A stretch of DNA of 45,978 nucleotides from Gammaproteobacteria bacterium (lineage in GTDB: Bacteria > Pseudomonadota > Gammaproteobacteria > Steroidobacterales > Rariloculaceae), in NCBI GenBank assembly GCA_029243585.1, contig JAQWRR010000092.1:1-45978 (forward strand), given 5' to 3'. The notes beneath the pieces were generated by a model that was given only the letters and a program-made list of their open reading frames with translations, did no database searches and had not been told where the DNA came from. Of this stretch, positions 27,683 through 38,557 are shown one piece after another. Position 1 is the stretch's first letter; each line of letters begins with the position of its first letter. The position numbers and the translations under genes are program-made.

Positions 27683-28283
27683 GTTCATCCCATTGTTCCC
27701 AGTCTTGCCAGGCTTGATAGTAAGGCAGTTCATGGATGCCTAGTCCTCGCTGATAGGCTCGAATATAATTTTGAGCCTCTCTAAGCTTTGCTATATAAGG
27801 GATTTTCAGCTTCTCAAGATACCCCTCAAGCTCTTGAAATATAATGGTATTTTCTTTGATTCTATTAGCTATCACAGCCACCCTAGCCTTTTTATTAGCG
27901 ATTTTTCCCTTATTCAGCAACTCATTAACAAAAGCAGTTCCAGCTTTAATGTCAATTGGTGAGGGCATGATAGGAACGATGATTGTTTCGGCATGTTTAA
28001 CAAGGGCTGTAAGTTCCGGACCTTTGGATCCGGCAGGAGCATCAATAATCAAATAGTCAGTATTTCTCGGCAGATAACGAAGTCCGTCATCAAAAGCCGC
28101 TAGTCCGACAATAGAAGCGCACTCTTCTGGTCGTTCATCTAGCCAATTGAGCGTAGTTGCTTGCTGATCATAGTCGGCCAGGGTTGTGGTATAACCTTCA
28201 GAGGCGTAATAGGCTGCAAGATTCGTTGCGATAGTGCTTTTACCGCATCCGCCTTTTGCGTTTGTCACTAGTATATGTCGCAT
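27642..28283 (-). CDS. Orphan ParA/MinD-family P-loop ATPase
   Basis: It has the deviant Walker A (NAKGGCGKST) and a Walker B-like LIIDAP. 213 aa. There is no adjacent ParB-like or adaptor gene. Its 3' end overlaps the hemY 3' end by 41 nt (convergent). Confidence 0.85.
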   Translation of the reverse strand: MRHILVTNAKGGCGKSTIATNLAAYYASEGYTTTLADYDQQATTLNWLDERPEECASIVGLAAFDDGLRYLPRNTDYLIIDAPAGSKGPELTALVKHAETIIVPIMPSPIDIKAGTAFVNELLNKGKIANKKARVAVIANRIKENTIIFQELEGYLEKLKIPYIAKLREAQNYIRAYQRGLGIHELPYYQAWQDWEQWDELIEWLDSRRSQPR

Positions 28284-28347
28284 TTAATCTCCGTAGAAAT
28301 GGATTTAAGTGTTGGTGATTTTGATGACTACAAAATAGCTAGCATTA

Positions 28348-28374
28348 CTATAAAAGTCCATTCTGCTTTTATAG
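28348..28374 (-). terminator. Perfect 9-bp inverted repeat (CTATAAAAG-N9-CTTTTATAG) 3 nt downstream of the ubiD stop
   Basis: Read directly. The stem is AU-rich and has no clean U-tract, so terminator function is doubtful. Confidence 0.2.
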
Positions 28375-28377
28375 TTA

Positions 28378-29883
28378 TTAATCAATACCGAGTTCACTCC
28401 AAAGCTTATCGATTCGCGTAACAATTTTTTCGCTCATATTAATTGGCTTTCCCCAGCTTCGATTAGTTTCGCCAGGCCACTTATTGGTAGCATCGAATCC
28501 TATTTTTGATCCTAGGCCCGCAACAGGAGAGGCAAAATCTAGATAATCGATTGGCGTGGACTCGGCAAGCTGTGTATCTCGCGCTGGGTCCATTCGTGTG
28601 CTCATAGCCCATATCACGTCAGCCCAGTTTCTGGCGTCTATATCCTCGTCTACAACGATAATCATTTTTGTGTAAAGGAATTGACGTAAATATGACCAAA
28701 TACCAAACATGATTCTTCTGGCATGACCAGGGTATTGTTTTCGGATGCTTACGACGGCAACCCGGTAAGAACAGGCTTCACTTGGGAGGAAAAAATCAAT
28801 TATTTCTGGAAACTGCGTTTTAAGAATAGGGACAAACATATCGTTCATTGCAAGCCCAAGTATTGCGGGTTCATCAGGTGGTCGGCCAGTATAAGTGCTG
28901 TGATATATCGGATCACGTCGATGGGTTATTCGCTCTACCGTCATGACAGGAAATCGCTCAACCTCATTGTAATAGCCTGTATGGTCACCGAATGGACCTT
29001 CTTCAGCGGTATCTCCTGGAACGATTACCCCTTCGAGGGTTATCTCAGCATTGGATGGTACATTTAAGCTTGAACCAAGGCAGCGTGTCAGTTGAGTGCG
29101 CGCACCCCGTAAAAGTCCAGCGAATGAGTACTCTGAAAGAGAGTCTGGTATTGGAGTTACAGCGGCTAATATAGTAGCTGGATCCGCACCTATGCTTACG
29201 GCTACTGGGAATGGTTCTCCTGGATTTTCTTTGGACCAAGCCAAGAAATCGGTGGCTCCGCCACGATGTGCAAGCCAACGCATAATAATCCGATTCCGAC
29301 CTATGACTTGTTGTCTATATATGCCAAGGTTTTGTCGGGAAGCGGTTAGTCCCTCGGCTGGGCCACGCGTAGTAGTAAGACCCCAGGTAATTAATGGGCC
29401 AGCATCATCTGGCCAGCAGGTTTGTATTGGCCATTTACTGAGGTCAACATCGTCAGCTTCAACGACGACTTCTTGGCAAGAGGCGCGTTTGGTAATACGA
29501 GGAGACATATTGAGAATTTTTTTGACCAGCGGCAGCTTTTGCCAGGCTTCGCCAAGACCTCTTGGAGGCTCTGGTGCCTTTAGAGAAGCAAGTAACTGGC
29601 CAAGCTCCTTAAAAACTCCTGTTGATGTAGCTCCAAGCGCTGCAGCAATACGTTCCTGTGTCCCAAAGAGGTTTGTTAGCACGGGTATATCTGAATCTTT
29701 TGTATTGGTAAATAATAGTGCTGGACCACCATTTTCAAGTGTTCGCTGAGATACTTCCGTCATTTCAAGATGGGGTGACACATGTTTTGATATGCGAAGC
29801 AGTGCCCCATGAGTCTCTAGCTCCAAAAGGAAGGATCTAAGATCTTCATGCTTAGTTTTAGGTTTGGTAACGATTGAATCCAC
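28378..29883 (-). CDS. ubiD: 4-hydroxy-3-polyprenylbenzoate decarboxylase UbiD
   Basis: It has [27 protein letters not shown] and the UbiD core through to the C-terminus. I prefer GTG 29883 (GAGGA 5 nt upstream), which gives 501 aa, over the tracked TTG at 29913. Confidence 0.92.
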   Translation of the reverse strand: MDSIVTKPKTKHEDLRSFLLELETHGALLRISKHVSPHLEMTEVSQRTLENGGPALLFTNTKDSDIPVLTNLFGTQERIAAALGATSTGVFKELGQLLASLKAPEPPRGLGEAWQKLPLVKKILNMSPRITKRASCQEVVVEADDVDLSKWPIQTCWPDDAGPLITWGLTTTRGPAEGLTASRQNLGIYRQQVIGRNRIIMRWLAHRGGATDFLAWSKENPGEPFPVAVSIGADPATILAAVTPIPDSLSEYSFAGLLRGARTQLTRCLGSSLNVPSNAEITLEGVIVPGDTAEEGPFGDHTGYYNEVERFPVMTVERITHRRDPIYHSTYTGRPPDEPAILGLAMNDMFVPILKTQFPEIIDFFLPSEACSYRVAVVSIRKQYPGHARRIMFGIWSYLRQFLYTKMIIVVDEDIDARNWADVIWAMSTRMDPARDTQLAESTPIDYLDFASPVAGLGSKIGFDATNKWPGETNRSWGKPINMSEKIVTRIDKLWSELGID

Positions 29884-29933
29884 TATAATCCTCAAAAGCA
29901 AGTTAAACGGCAAAGCAGGTTATTACTAGTACT

Positions 29934-30758
29934 ATGAAACTTGAATTTACAAAAATGCACGGTCTCGGCAATGATTTTATGATAATTCGTTGGCCAGATG
30001 GTATGGCTTTGCCAAGCAAGGATATTGTGCGCCGTTTGGCGGATAGACGTATCGGCATAGGTTTTGACCAGTTATTAGTTCTGCTAACACCTATTCAATC
30101 AGGAGTTGCTGTTTATTATCGAATATTCAATTCAGATGGATCAGAAGTTGAACAGTGCGGTAATGGTGCGCGATGCATAGCCTGGCATCTTGCCGCCAAA
30201 TCAGGAAGCAGCGAATTAGTTCTGGAAAGCATGGCTGGGATAGTAGAGGCTAAAATACAGTCTGATGATACGGTGGCGATTAATCTTGGCAAACCAAATT
30301 TTATGCCGAGGGCGCTGCCATTTCTTACGGATACTGAATCTGATCGGTATTTACTGGAACTAGAAAATGAATCTATCGAGATAGGCGCAGTTTCTATGGG
30401 TAATCCACATGCCATAATTCAGGTTGATTCGGTTGATAAGGCTCCCGTCGGTATACTGGGGCCTGAATTACAAGCCCATGCGTTTTTTCCACAGAGCATC
30501 AATATTGGCTTTGTAGAATTTTTAGACTCGCATAATTTGAAGTTACGAGTCTTTGAGCGTGGTGTTGGTGAGACCAGAGCCTGTGGAACAGGTGCGGCGG
30601 CCGCGGTAGCAGTTGGCAGACGATGGGGTCGCTTAGATGCAGATGTTCAAGTCGAACTTATGGGGGGCACACTAAAGGTTCAATGGTTAGGGCCAGGGCA
30701 TTCGCTATGGTTGTCGGGTCCTGTAACTAAGGTATATGAGGGGCATATAGAATTATGA
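29934..30758 (+). CDS. dapF: Diaminopimelate epimerase
   Basis: It has FTKMHGLGNDF, the two catalytic Cys motifs (NSDGSEVEQCGNGARC and ETRACGTGAAA), and is 274 aa. Confidence 0.93.
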   Translation: MKLEFTKMHGLGNDFMIIRWPDGMALPSKDIVRRLADRRIGIGFDQLLVLLTPIQSGVAVYYRIFNSDGSEVEQCGNGARCIAWHLAAKSGSSELVLESMAGIVEAKIQSDDTVAINLGKPNFMPRALPFLTDTESDRYLLELENESIEIGAVSMGNPHAIIQVDSVDKAPVGILGPELQAHAFFPQSINIGFVEFLDSHNLKLRVFERGVGETRACGTGAAAAVAVGRRWGRLDADVQVELMGGTLKVQWLGPGHSLWLSGPVTKVYEGHIEL

Positions 30759-31501
30759 GCCAACAAGAAAATCAGGATATCGCCACAAATGCTTTGTCAA
30801 AAGAAGATGTAGCAATATATCTCAGTAGTAACCCACATTTTTTTGAAGAAAATCCAGATTTACTGATTGATCTTAAATTTTCACACCATGCTGGTAGTAA
30901 TGCCGTGTCGCTTGTAGAGCGTCAAATCGATGTGCTACGTCAGAGTAATAGCAAGCTCACACGACAACTTAATGAGCTTGTTGCAGTTGCTAAAGAGAAT
31001 CATGTTGTATTAGAAAAAATTCACCAGCTTGCATTGACGCTAATGAAGCCAAAGACCAGCATTGAGCGAATAAAACTACTTGAAGCTACTTTAAAGACAA
31101 GTTTTTTAGCAGATAAAACTGTTTTAATCCTTTTTTCATCAGTAGCCAACGATGAGCTATCAAATAATAATTTCACTAGAATAGTCGATGATAATGATGA
31201 GAATTTGAATTCCTTCGCAAGCTTTTTGCGCTCTAATCAGCCTAGATGTGGGCAGCTTAAGGATGATCAGAAAACATTTGTTTTTGAGCATGGCGCATCT
31301 GAAATTAATTCATCAGCCCTAATCCCTTTGGGGGAGCCTGAAACACTTGGGTTTATCGTCATAGGCAGTAAAGACCCCGATCATTTTAATCCTGGAAAAG
31401 GCATGGATTTTCTAAGCCGATTAGGAGAGGTAGTGACAGCCGCTTTATTGTTTGATGCAGCTGTTGGTGCAAAGAACGGACCAAATGTCGCAGGATCTTG
31501 A
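30755..31501 (+). CDS. DUF484-family protein (YigA-like)
   Basis: Its position between dapF and xerC matches E. coli yigA. It has the V..YL..NP.FF N-terminus, a coiled coil and a GAF-like C-terminus. It overlaps dapF as ATGA. Confidence 0.8.
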   Translation: MSQQENQDIATNALSKEDVAIYLSSNPHFFEENPDLLIDLKFSHHAGSNAVSLVERQIDVLRQSNSKLTRQLNELVAVAKENHVVLEKIHQLALTLMKPKTSIERIKLLEATLKTSFLADKTVLILFSSVANDELSNNNFTRIVDDNDENLNSFASFLRSNQPRCGQLKDDQKTFVFEHGASEINSSALIPLGEPETLGFIVIGSKDPDHFNPGKGMDFLSRLGEVVTAALLFDAAVGAKNGPNVAGS

Positions 31502-32381
31502 AACCAGAATCGATACTTTCGTTCGGTACCTTGAGAAAGAACGAAGACTTTCGCCACATACAGTGAGCGCTTATCGGCGAGATCTAAATGCATTAATTGA
31601 TTTTTGTAAGAATCAATCGGTAAGTATTGAGTCAGTAGATTCTTATTTTATTCGCAGTTTTGCATCCGAATCGCACCGTAAGGGTGCTAGTCCGAGGAGT
31701 GTGGCACGTCGGTTATCCGCGGTTCGAGGCTTCTTTGGTTATTTAATGCGTACCGGAGTAGTTTCAGCAAATCCTGCTATAAACATTCAAGCGCCTAAAC
31801 CTTCTAGGCGTTTGCCTGCAACGCTAGATGCTGATGAGGTAGCAAGCCTTCTAACACTAAGTACTGAAGATACATTAGGCATGAGAGATAGAGCAATTCT
31901 AGAGTTATTTTATTCCTCTGGCTTGAGGCTTGCAGAGCTCGTCAGCTCAAATCTAGCAGATCTTGATTTTCAGGATGGCACTATCCGTGTGATTGGGAAA
32001 GGCAATAAAACACGAGTGGTTCCTGTGGGTAGGCATGCTCTAGAAGCTCTAAAGGTTTGGATGTTAATTAGGGAATCGATGGCAAAGAAAGAAGAAGAGG
32101 CCATATTTGTAACTCAGCGTGGGACCCGAATAGCCTGTAGGACTGTTCAGGCTCGATTAAAGCGTTGGGGTATACAGCAGGGAGCCTCAACCTCTATTCA
32201 TCCGCATATGCTAAGGCACTCATTTGCTACCCATATGTTGGAGTCAAGCAGTGACTTGAGAGCGGTACAGGAGCTATTAGGGCATGCAAGTATCTCTACC
32301 ACCCAAGTATATACGCACCTTGACTTCCAGCATCTAGCCCAAATATATGATAAGGCTCATCCGCGGGCCCGGCGTTCCTAA
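31485..32381 (+). CDS. xerC: Tyrosine recombinase XerC
   Basis: It has an N-terminal SAM-like domain (FVRYLEKERRLSPHTVSAYRRDL) and the catalytic residues R...HMLRHSFATHML...LGHASISTTQVYTH. I prefer the start at ATG 31485. Confidence 0.9.
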   Translation: MSQDLETRIDTFVRYLEKERRLSPHTVSAYRRDLNALIDFCKNQSVSIESVDSYFIRSFASESHRKGASPRSVARRLSAVRGFFGYLMRTGVVSANPAINIQAPKPSRRLPATLDADEVASLLTLSTEDTLGMRDRAILELFYSSGLRLAELVSSNLADLDFQDGTIRVIGKGNKTRVVPVGRHALEALKVWMLIRESMAKKEEEAIFVTQRGTRIACRTVQARLKRWGIQQGASTSIHPHMLRHSFATHMLESSSDLRAVQELLGHASISTTQVYTHLDFQHLAQIYDKAHPRARRS

Positions 32382-32452
32382 GATGAGCTTTATTAACTAA
32401 ATTTGGGAACTACTATTTTATTAGGACTGTTTGTATTTGCCTGGGTAATAAT

Positions 32453-32983
32453 ATGGAAAATTTTCATGGTACAACCATTATTTGTGTCCGACGTGGAGAT
32501 GGCATTGCCATGGGTGGAGATGGCCAGGTAACCATGGGCGATAAGGTTATGAAGGGTAATGCACGAAAGGTTCGTCGTCTTCATAATGGAAATGTATTAG
32601 CAGGTTTTGCGGGAGGAACTGCTGATGCGTTCACCTTATTCGAATATTTTGAGAAGAAGTTGGAGCAATACGGAAACCTAACACGTGCTGCAATTGAGCT
32701 TGCGAAAGACTGGAGAACAGATCGTATGCTTCGTCGCCTTGAGGCTCTGCTTGTAGTTGCAGACGAAAAGCAATCGTTACTTATTTCTGGTACTGGTGAC
32801 GTAATTGAACCAGAGAGCGAACTTTTGGCGATAGGTTCTGGAGGTGCGTACTGCCAAGCAGCAGCACGCGCTCTTCTGGATACCACGGAGCTTGATGCTC
32901 GCAGTATTGTAGAAAAATCACTGGCTATTGCTGCAGATATCTGTGTATACACCAATCATAAAATCACTATAGAAGAGCTTTAG
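32453..32983 (+). CDS. hslV: ATP-dependent protease subunit HslV
   Basis: It has the TTIICVRR N-terminal Thr nucleophile context, [10 protein letters not shown] and GSGG. 176 aa. Confidence 0.95.
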   Translation: MENFHGTTIICVRRGDGIAMGGDGQVTMGDKVMKGNARKVRRLHNGNVLAGFAGGTADAFTLFEYFEKKLEQYGNLTRAAIELAKDWRTDRMLRRLEALLVVADEKQSLLISGTGDVIEPESELLAIGSGGAYCQAAARALLDTTELDARSIVEKSLAIAADICVYTNHKITIEEL

Positions 32984-33056
32984 AGAATTTGGTTAGTTGA
33001 AGGCCGAGTTTCAGCTCAGTTTTATAGCACACCACTACTTTTGAGAGTGTACTGAA

Positions 33057-34361
33057 ATGTCTATGACACCCAGAGAAATAGTCCAAGAACTGGACAAACA
33101 TATTATTGGTCAAAATGATGCTAAGCGGGCTGTTGCGATTGCATTGAGAAACAGATGGCGTAGATCAAAGGTTTCAGAGCCGCTTGGAAGCGAAATTACG
33201 CCAAAAAATATTTTGATGATTGGCCCAACTGGTGTTGGAAAAACAGAAATTGCACGGCGACTTGCTCGACTTGCAAGCGCGCCTTTTATAAAAGTGGAGG
33301 CAACTAAGTTTACGGAAGTTGGTTATGTGGGGCGTGAAGTTGACACGATAGTCCGTGATCTTGCAGACATGGCAGTAAAGATGGTTAGAGAGGATGAGGT
33401 AGCAAAGGTTAGACACCGTGCCCAAGACTCAGCGGAGGATCGAGTGCTCGATGCACTATTGCCAGGATCTAGTGCTGAGCAAGATAACGAAACTCGACAG
33501 CGTTTTAGAAAGAAATTACGGGAGGGTGAATTAGATGATCGAGAGGTTGAAATAGAGGTCCAGGCAGCGGGTGTAGGCGTAGAGATTATGGCGCCACCAG
33601 GTATGGAAGAGATGACTAACCAATTACAGGGCTTATTTCAAAACATGTCTAGTGGACGTGTTAATCCGAGAAAACTCCGAGTACGAGATGCATTGAAATT
33701 GTTAACTGATGAAGAAGCAGTAAAGATGGTTAATGAAGAAGATATTAAGCTGCAGGCACTGACAGCCGTGGAGCAGAATGGAATAGTTTTTATTGATGAA
33801 ATAGACAAGGTGGCGCGCCACTCTGACACTCTTGGCGCAGATGTTTCCAGAGAGGGAGTGCAGCGTGACCTATTGCCACTTGTTGAGGGATGTACGGTTA
33901 GCACCCGTTATGGAATGGTCCGTACAGATCACATACTGTTTATTGCATCTGGTGCATTCAATGTTGCAAAACCAGCAGATCTTATCCCAGAACTTCAGGG
34001 CCGATTCCCAATACGAGTTGAGTTATCAGCTCTTGTGGCAGACGATTTTGTTCGAATACTAACAGAGCCTGATGCATCATTGACGGAACAATACACGGCG
34101 CTAATGGCAACCGAAAGTGTGGATCTTCATTTTGATTCAACAGGGATAAAACAAATTGCTGAAGTAGCATTTCGTGTTAATGAAAGCACAGAAGATATTG
34201 GAGCAAGACGACTACACACAGTCATGGAAAGACTGTTGGAATCAATTTCATTTGAAGCTGCGGATAAAGAGGGTCATGCAACTAATGTTGATGCCGCTTA
34301 TGTGAGTCAGCATCTTGGTGATCTTGCACAAGATGAGGATCTAACTCGGTACATTTTATGA
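33057..34361 (+). CDS. hslU: ATP-dependent protease ATPase subunit HslU
   Basis: It has [16 protein letters not shown], Walker A ([15 protein letters not shown]), Walker B (IVFIDEIDK) and the C-terminal DLTRYIL. Confidence 0.95.
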   Translation: MSMTPREIVQELDKHIIGQNDAKRAVAIALRNRWRRSKVSEPLGSEITPKNILMIGPTGVGKTEIARRLARLASAPFIKVEATKFTEVGYVGREVDTIVRDLADMAVKMVREDEVAKVRHRAQDSAEDRVLDALLPGSSAEQDNETRQRFRKKLREGELDDREVEIEVQAAGVGVEIMAPPGMEEMTNQLQGLFQNMSSGRVNPRKLRVRDALKLLTDEEAVKMVNEEDIKLQALTAVEQNGIVFIDEIDKVARHSDTLGADVSREGVQRDLLPLVEGCTVSTRYGMVRTDHILFIASGAFNVAKPADLIPELQGRFPIRVELSALVADDFVRILTEPDASLTEQYTALMATESVDLHFDSTGIKQIAEVAFRVNESTEDIGARRLHTVMERLLESISFEAADKEGHATNVDAAYVSQHLGDLAQDEDLTRYIL

Positions 34362-34765
34362 GCATTCAGGAATTAAAAACAGGCATATATCCCACGGATA
34401 TAAAGTTGCAAAAACGTTCTCGTCAATTATTAGTCCAGTTTTCTGATGGATTGCAATTTAGTCTTTCTGCCGAATACTTAAGGGTCCACTCTCCCTCAGC
34501 CGAGGTTAAGGGACATGGCGCAGATGAGCCAATTTTGGTTATCAACAAGGAGGGGGTAAATATTGAAAAAATTGAAGCGATTGGCCGCTATGCGGTTCGA
34601 CTAATTTTTGATGATGGACATGATACAGGTCTTTATTCATGGCCAATACTTTACGAACTGGGGTCACGCTATGAAGATAATTGGAGGAAGTATGTCGAAC
34701 GCCTTGATAAGGCGGGTCATCAAAGAATGGTGGATATGAATGGCAGAGAACCAGAAAAAAACTGA
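34358..34765 (+). CDS. DUF971-domain protein (gamma-butyrobetaine hydroxylase-like N-terminal domain)
   Basis: It has [28 protein letters not shown]. It sits between hslU and ubiE, as in many gammaproteobacteria. Confidence 0.72.
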   Translation: MSIQELKTGIYPTDIKLQKRSRQLLVQFSDGLQFSLSAEYLRVHSPSAEVKGHGADEPILVINKEGVNIEKIEAIGRYAVRLIFDDGHDTGLYSWPILYELGSRYEDNWRKYVERLDKAGHQRMVDMNGREPEKN

Positions 34766-35504
34766 ACAATTTGCTGATTTTGGCTTTGAGCGCATTTCTT
34801 TAGATGATAAGAATCATCGTGTTGGAGCTGTATTTGATTCAGTAGCCGATAGATACGATTTGATGAATGACATTATGTCGTTTGGTATGCATCGGGTATG
34901 GAAAAAATTTACGCTTTCAAAGACTGCCCTTAGGCCTGGTGATTTTGCGCTAGATGTTGCGGCAGGTAGCGGTGATCTTAGTAAAGGCATGGCTCGTCAG
35001 GTTGGATCTAATGGACTTGTCGTAGTAACGGACATTAATTCAAGCATGCTACACAAGGGCCGTGATTCGCTTACTGATGCAGGTTTTGCCAAAAACGTGG
35101 CCTATGCGCAAGCTGATGCCGAAAAACTTCCTTTTGAAAGCAACAAGTTTAACTGTGTCACCATAGGTTTTGGGTTACGCAATGTAACAAATAAGTTAGC
35201 AGCTCTTGCTGACATGTATCGTGTGTTAAAGCCAGGCGGAAGATTATTAATTCTTGAATTCTCTAAGCCTAAAATAAGTTTTCTTAATTCGATTTATGAT
35301 ATTTATAGTTTTCAGGTTTTGCCTAGGCTTGGCGGGCTAATTACAAATGATTCTGATAGCTATCGTTATTTGGCTGAGTCTATAAGGATGCATCCTGATC
35401 AAAATGCATTAAAAGAACTAATGATTAGTGAAGGTTTTGAGCGTTGTGAATATCACAATCTATCTGCCGGAATCGTTGCCTTACATCTAGGTTTTAAATT
35501 GTAG
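34740..35504 (+). CDS. ubiE: Demethylmenaquinone / 2-methoxy-6-polyprenyl-1,4-benzoquinol methyltransferase UbiE
   Basis: It has VFDSVADRYDLMNDIMSFGMHRVWK, the SAM motif LDVAAGSGDL, FGLRNVT, and LKPGGRLLILEFS. Confidence 0.93.
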   Translation: MAENQKKTEQFADFGFERISLDDKNHRVGAVFDSVADRYDLMNDIMSFGMHRVWKKFTLSKTALRPGDFALDVAAGSGDLSKGMARQVGSNGLVVVTDINSSMLHKGRDSLTDAGFAKNVAYAQADAEKLPFESNKFNCVTIGFGLRNVTNKLAALADMYRVLKPGGRLLILEFSKPKISFLNSIYDIYSFQVLPRLGGLITNDSDSYRYLAESIRMHPDQNALKELMISEGFERCEYHNLSAGIVALHLGFKL

Positions 35505-35509
35505 GGCCA

Positions 35510-36154
35510 ATGATTACTAACAGAGCCACGGCAGTTATGGAAAGCTTGTTGAACCATCATATTAATGGGTCTTCGACTGCCCAAAGCCAACTGCGTGCAT
35601 TAGAAGATCGCACATTATTGGTGAACGTTAAGGATGTGAATTTTAAATTCTGCTTAAAAGCAGAAGATGCTTATCTCAGGATAAATGAGATTAGTGAACA
35701 TGACGCTGAAAAAGACATGACGGCTTCAATCTCTGGAACACCAATAACCTTTCTAAAGCTTATTCGCGCATCGACAGCAAATGAACTAAGAGCATCTAAA
35801 GCTACTATTTGTGGTGATACGGAAACTATTGAGGGTTTTTCAGAGTTGTTACGTCTCGCACGCCCAGAGATTGAGGAAGAGCTTTCATACTTGGTTGGGG
35901 ATGTTTTTGCCTATGAGATATCAGATATGGCCCGCCGATTGACCAAATGGCGTAATCGAGCCATCAAATCTGTGGCGATGAATACATCGGAATATATGCA
36001 GGAAGAGTCTAGTCATCTTCCCCCGAGAATTGAAATTGAGAGATTTAATCGTGAGGTTGAGGTCTTAAGAGAAGATATGGATAGGGCAGCACAAAGAATA
36101 GATAGGCTTTTAGCACGGAAGAATGGTGGGACAGCATGGGGCAACTCAGACTAA
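35510..36154 (+). CDS. ubiJ: Ubiquinone biosynthesis accessory factor UbiJ (SCP2 domain)
   Basis: It sits between ubiE and ubiB. It has an SCP2-like N-terminal half and a C-terminal amphipathic helix region. Confidence 0.72.
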   Translation: MITNRATAVMESLLNHHINGSSTAQSQLRALEDRTLLVNVKDVNFKFCLKAEDAYLRINEISEHDAEKDMTASISGTPITFLKLIRASTANELRASKATICGDTETIEGFSELLRLARPEIEEELSYLVGDVFAYEISDMARRLTKWRNRAIKSVAMNTSEYMQEESSHLPPRIEIERFNREVEVLREDMDRAAQRIDRLLARKNGGTAWGNSD

Positions 36155-37770
36155 TTCTACGGTTACTGGTAATTCAGAAAACGCTGTTTCGCTATGGCCT
36201 TGAAGATGTTGTTAGGGAAACACATCTATTTCGTTCTGTTGGTTGGGTATACCGTTTTATCCCACGCGGACCATATACAGAGTCCCTTGGAGTCAGGATA
36301 AGATTAGCGCTTGAAGAGCTAGGCCCTATTTTTGTAAAGTTTGGTCAAGCAGTTTCAACGCGACGTGATCTGCTTCCAGTTGATATAGCAGATGAGCTTG
36401 CAAAACTGCAGGATCAGGTGCCTCCATTTGATTCTATAGAGGCACTAAATATCTTATCTTCTGAATTCGGAAAAAAAGCAGAAGAAATATTTGCTGATTT
36501 CGAACAAATACCATTGGCTGCGGCATCTGTTGCTCAAGTGCACAGTGCCACTCTCCATACAGGTGAGGCAGTTGTAGTAAAAATTTTAAGGCCTGATGCT
36601 CGACTATCTATCGAACGTGACCTTAAAGTGCTTTATGCCATTGCCAAGCTGGCGGAACGTTATTGGTCGGATGGACATCGACTTCGGCCTGTAGAAGTCA
36701 TTAAAGAGTTTGAAAAAACTATTCTTAAGGAACTTGATTTACTTAGAGAGGCTGCTAACGCGACTCAACTCAAGAAAAACTTTAAAGATTCTGAAAAGCT
36801 TTATGTACCTGAAATATACTGGGACTATTGCCGAAAAAATATTCTCACTATGGAGCACGTCAAAGGCGTGCCGATTAGTGATGTTAAAGCCTTACGAGAG
36901 GCTGGCACAAATATAAAACGTCTTGCCGAGAATGGTGTGGAAATTTTTTTCACTCAGGTTTTCCAGCATAATTTTTTTCATGCGGATATGCATCCTGGAA
37001 ATATTTTTGTAGATATATCCAATCCAGAAAACCCACGTTACATAGCTATTGATTTTGGTATTGTGGGTAGTCTCAGCCCAAGTAATCAGCATTACTTAGC
37101 AGGTAATTTTCTAGCTTTTTTTAAGCAAGATTATAATCGAGTTGCTCAGTTACACGTAGATTCTGGCTGGGTACCCTCGAGTACTCATATAGCAGAGTTA
37201 GAGGCATCAATTCGTGCTGTATGTGAACCTATTTTTAATAAACCATTAAAAGATATTTCCTTTGGTCTCGTGCTACTAAGACTATTTGATACGGCGCGAA
37301 AGTTTGATATGGAGATTCAACCGCAACTAGTTTTACTCCAAAAAACTCTTTTAAATGTTGAAGGGCTTGGTCGTGAGCTTTATCCGGATCTTGACATTTG
37401 GTCGACTGCTCAACCCGTTCTTCAAGAATGGATGAAGCAACGTACGGATCCTCGTGCTCATGTAAAGCGGTTTATTCAAAATTGGCCTCAGATCAGCGAA
37501 GATCTTGTGCAGTTGCCAGATGCTATTCATCAGATAATTAAAAATATTCTAGAAGAAGCCCGAGAAGAAAAACCACATAAAAATAGTAGCAAGAAAAAAT
37601 CTCAGCAAAACATTTTTATTGAACGTATTAGCATACTCCCTGGTATGTTTTTAATAGTAGTTGGTACTTTATGGATGGGTACCGAGATTATTCCAGCTTG
37701 GCCAGCGTGGTATATAACTGGTTTGGGTATAGTCTTGGCTTTTCTTGCTGATCATTCAAAGAACAGCTAG
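36136..37770 (+). CDS. ubiB: Ubiquinone biosynthesis regulatory protein kinase UbiB (ABC1/ADCK family)
   Basis: It has LGPIFVKFGQ..STRRDLLP, AAASVAQVH, FHADMHPGNIF and two C-terminal TM helices. 544 aa. Confidence 0.92.
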   Translation: MGQLRLILRLLVIQKTLFRYGLEDVVRETHLFRSVGWVYRFIPRGPYTESLGVRIRLALEELGPIFVKFGQAVSTRRDLLPVDIADELAKLQDQVPPFDSIEALNILSSEFGKKAEEIFADFEQIPLAAASVAQVHSATLHTGEAVVVKILRPDARLSIERDLKVLYAIAKLAERYWSDGHRLRPVEVIKEFEKTILKELDLLREAANATQLKKNFKDSEKLYVPEIYWDYCRKNILTMEHVKGVPISDVKALREAGTNIKRLAENGVEIFFTQVFQHNFFHADMHPGNIFVDISNPENPRYIAIDFGIVGSLSPSNQHYLAGNFLAFFKQDYNRVAQLHVDSGWVPSSTHIAELEASIRAVCEPIFNKPLKDISFGLVLLRLFDTARKFDMEIQPQLVLLQKTLLNVEGLGRELYPDLDIWSTAQPVLQEWMKQRTDPRAHVKRFIQNWPQISEDLVQLPDAIHQIIKNILEEAREEKPHKNSSKKKSQQNIFIERISILPGMFLIVVGTLWMGTEIIPAWPAWYITGLGIVLAFLADHSKNS

Positions 37771-37795
37771 TGCTTCACTTTAGATTATTGATTGT

Positions 37796-38539
37796 TTAGC
37801 TATCCTCTAAGAGCTGCATAGCAGATTCTATTTCTTCGAGCACCTTATCGACGGTGGATGAACTCATAGCTCGTACAACTAAATTGGCTCCATAGCGTCC
37901 ATCCCTAGAGAAAGGGTAACTTCCAATTTCAACTGTTGGGTATCTCTTCGCAATATCTCCTAGTGGTGCTGCGAGATCTCCCTCAGGAATATAGACATCT
38001 AAACTTTTAGAAATTATTGTTTCACCCGTCTCTAGGCTATCCGCAAATGTAGCAAACATACCTCGTGCTACTGATGGAATACCTGCCAGTACGAATACAT
38101 TGTCTAGCCGAAAACCTGGGGCGTTGCTAACTGGATTATCAATTAGTTCGGCACCTTTCGGGATATGAGCCATCTTGAGCCGTGCTTCATTAAGTTCCCG
38201 GCTTCTCTGCGTCAGACAAGCTACCGCCTCATCGTTCAGTACTAGTTCTCGGCCAAAGGCAGCTGCAACACACTCGGACGTAATATCATCATGAGTAGGG
38301 CCAATGCCACCAGTTGTGATTACATAGTCATATCTAGCTCGACATTCGTTTAATGTTTTTACAATATCGTTTTTTTCGTCGACTAATACGCGTGCCTCTT
38401 TAAGGCTAACACCTCTTTTAGCGAGCTCACTGCCTAGAAATTGCAGGTTAGTGTCTTGTGTTTTTCCAGATAGTATTTCATTGCCAATAATTAAGACGCA
38501 GGCGGTAGTAATAGGAGTAGTCATAATATTTTTATCCAA
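37796..38539 (-). CDS. CinA-like molybdopterin-binding (MoCF_biosynth) domain protein
   Basis: It has IIGNEILSGKTQDTN, TTGGIGPTHDDIT; 247 aa. It lacks the CinA C-terminal deamidase domain. Confidence 0.8.
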   Translation of the reverse strand: MDKNIMTTPITTACVLIIGNEILSGKTQDTNLQFLGSELAKRGVSLKEARVLVDEKNDIVKTLNECRARYDYVITTGGIGPTHDDITSECVAAAFGRELVLNDEAVACLTQRSRELNEARLKMAHIPKGAELIDNPVSNAPGFRLDNVFVLAGIPSVARGMFATFADSLETGETIISKSLDVYIPEGDLAAPLGDIAKRYPTVEIGSYPFSRDGRYGANLVVRAMSSSTVDKVLEEIESAMQLLEDS

Positions 38540-38557
38540 GCATTAGAGAGGGGATTA

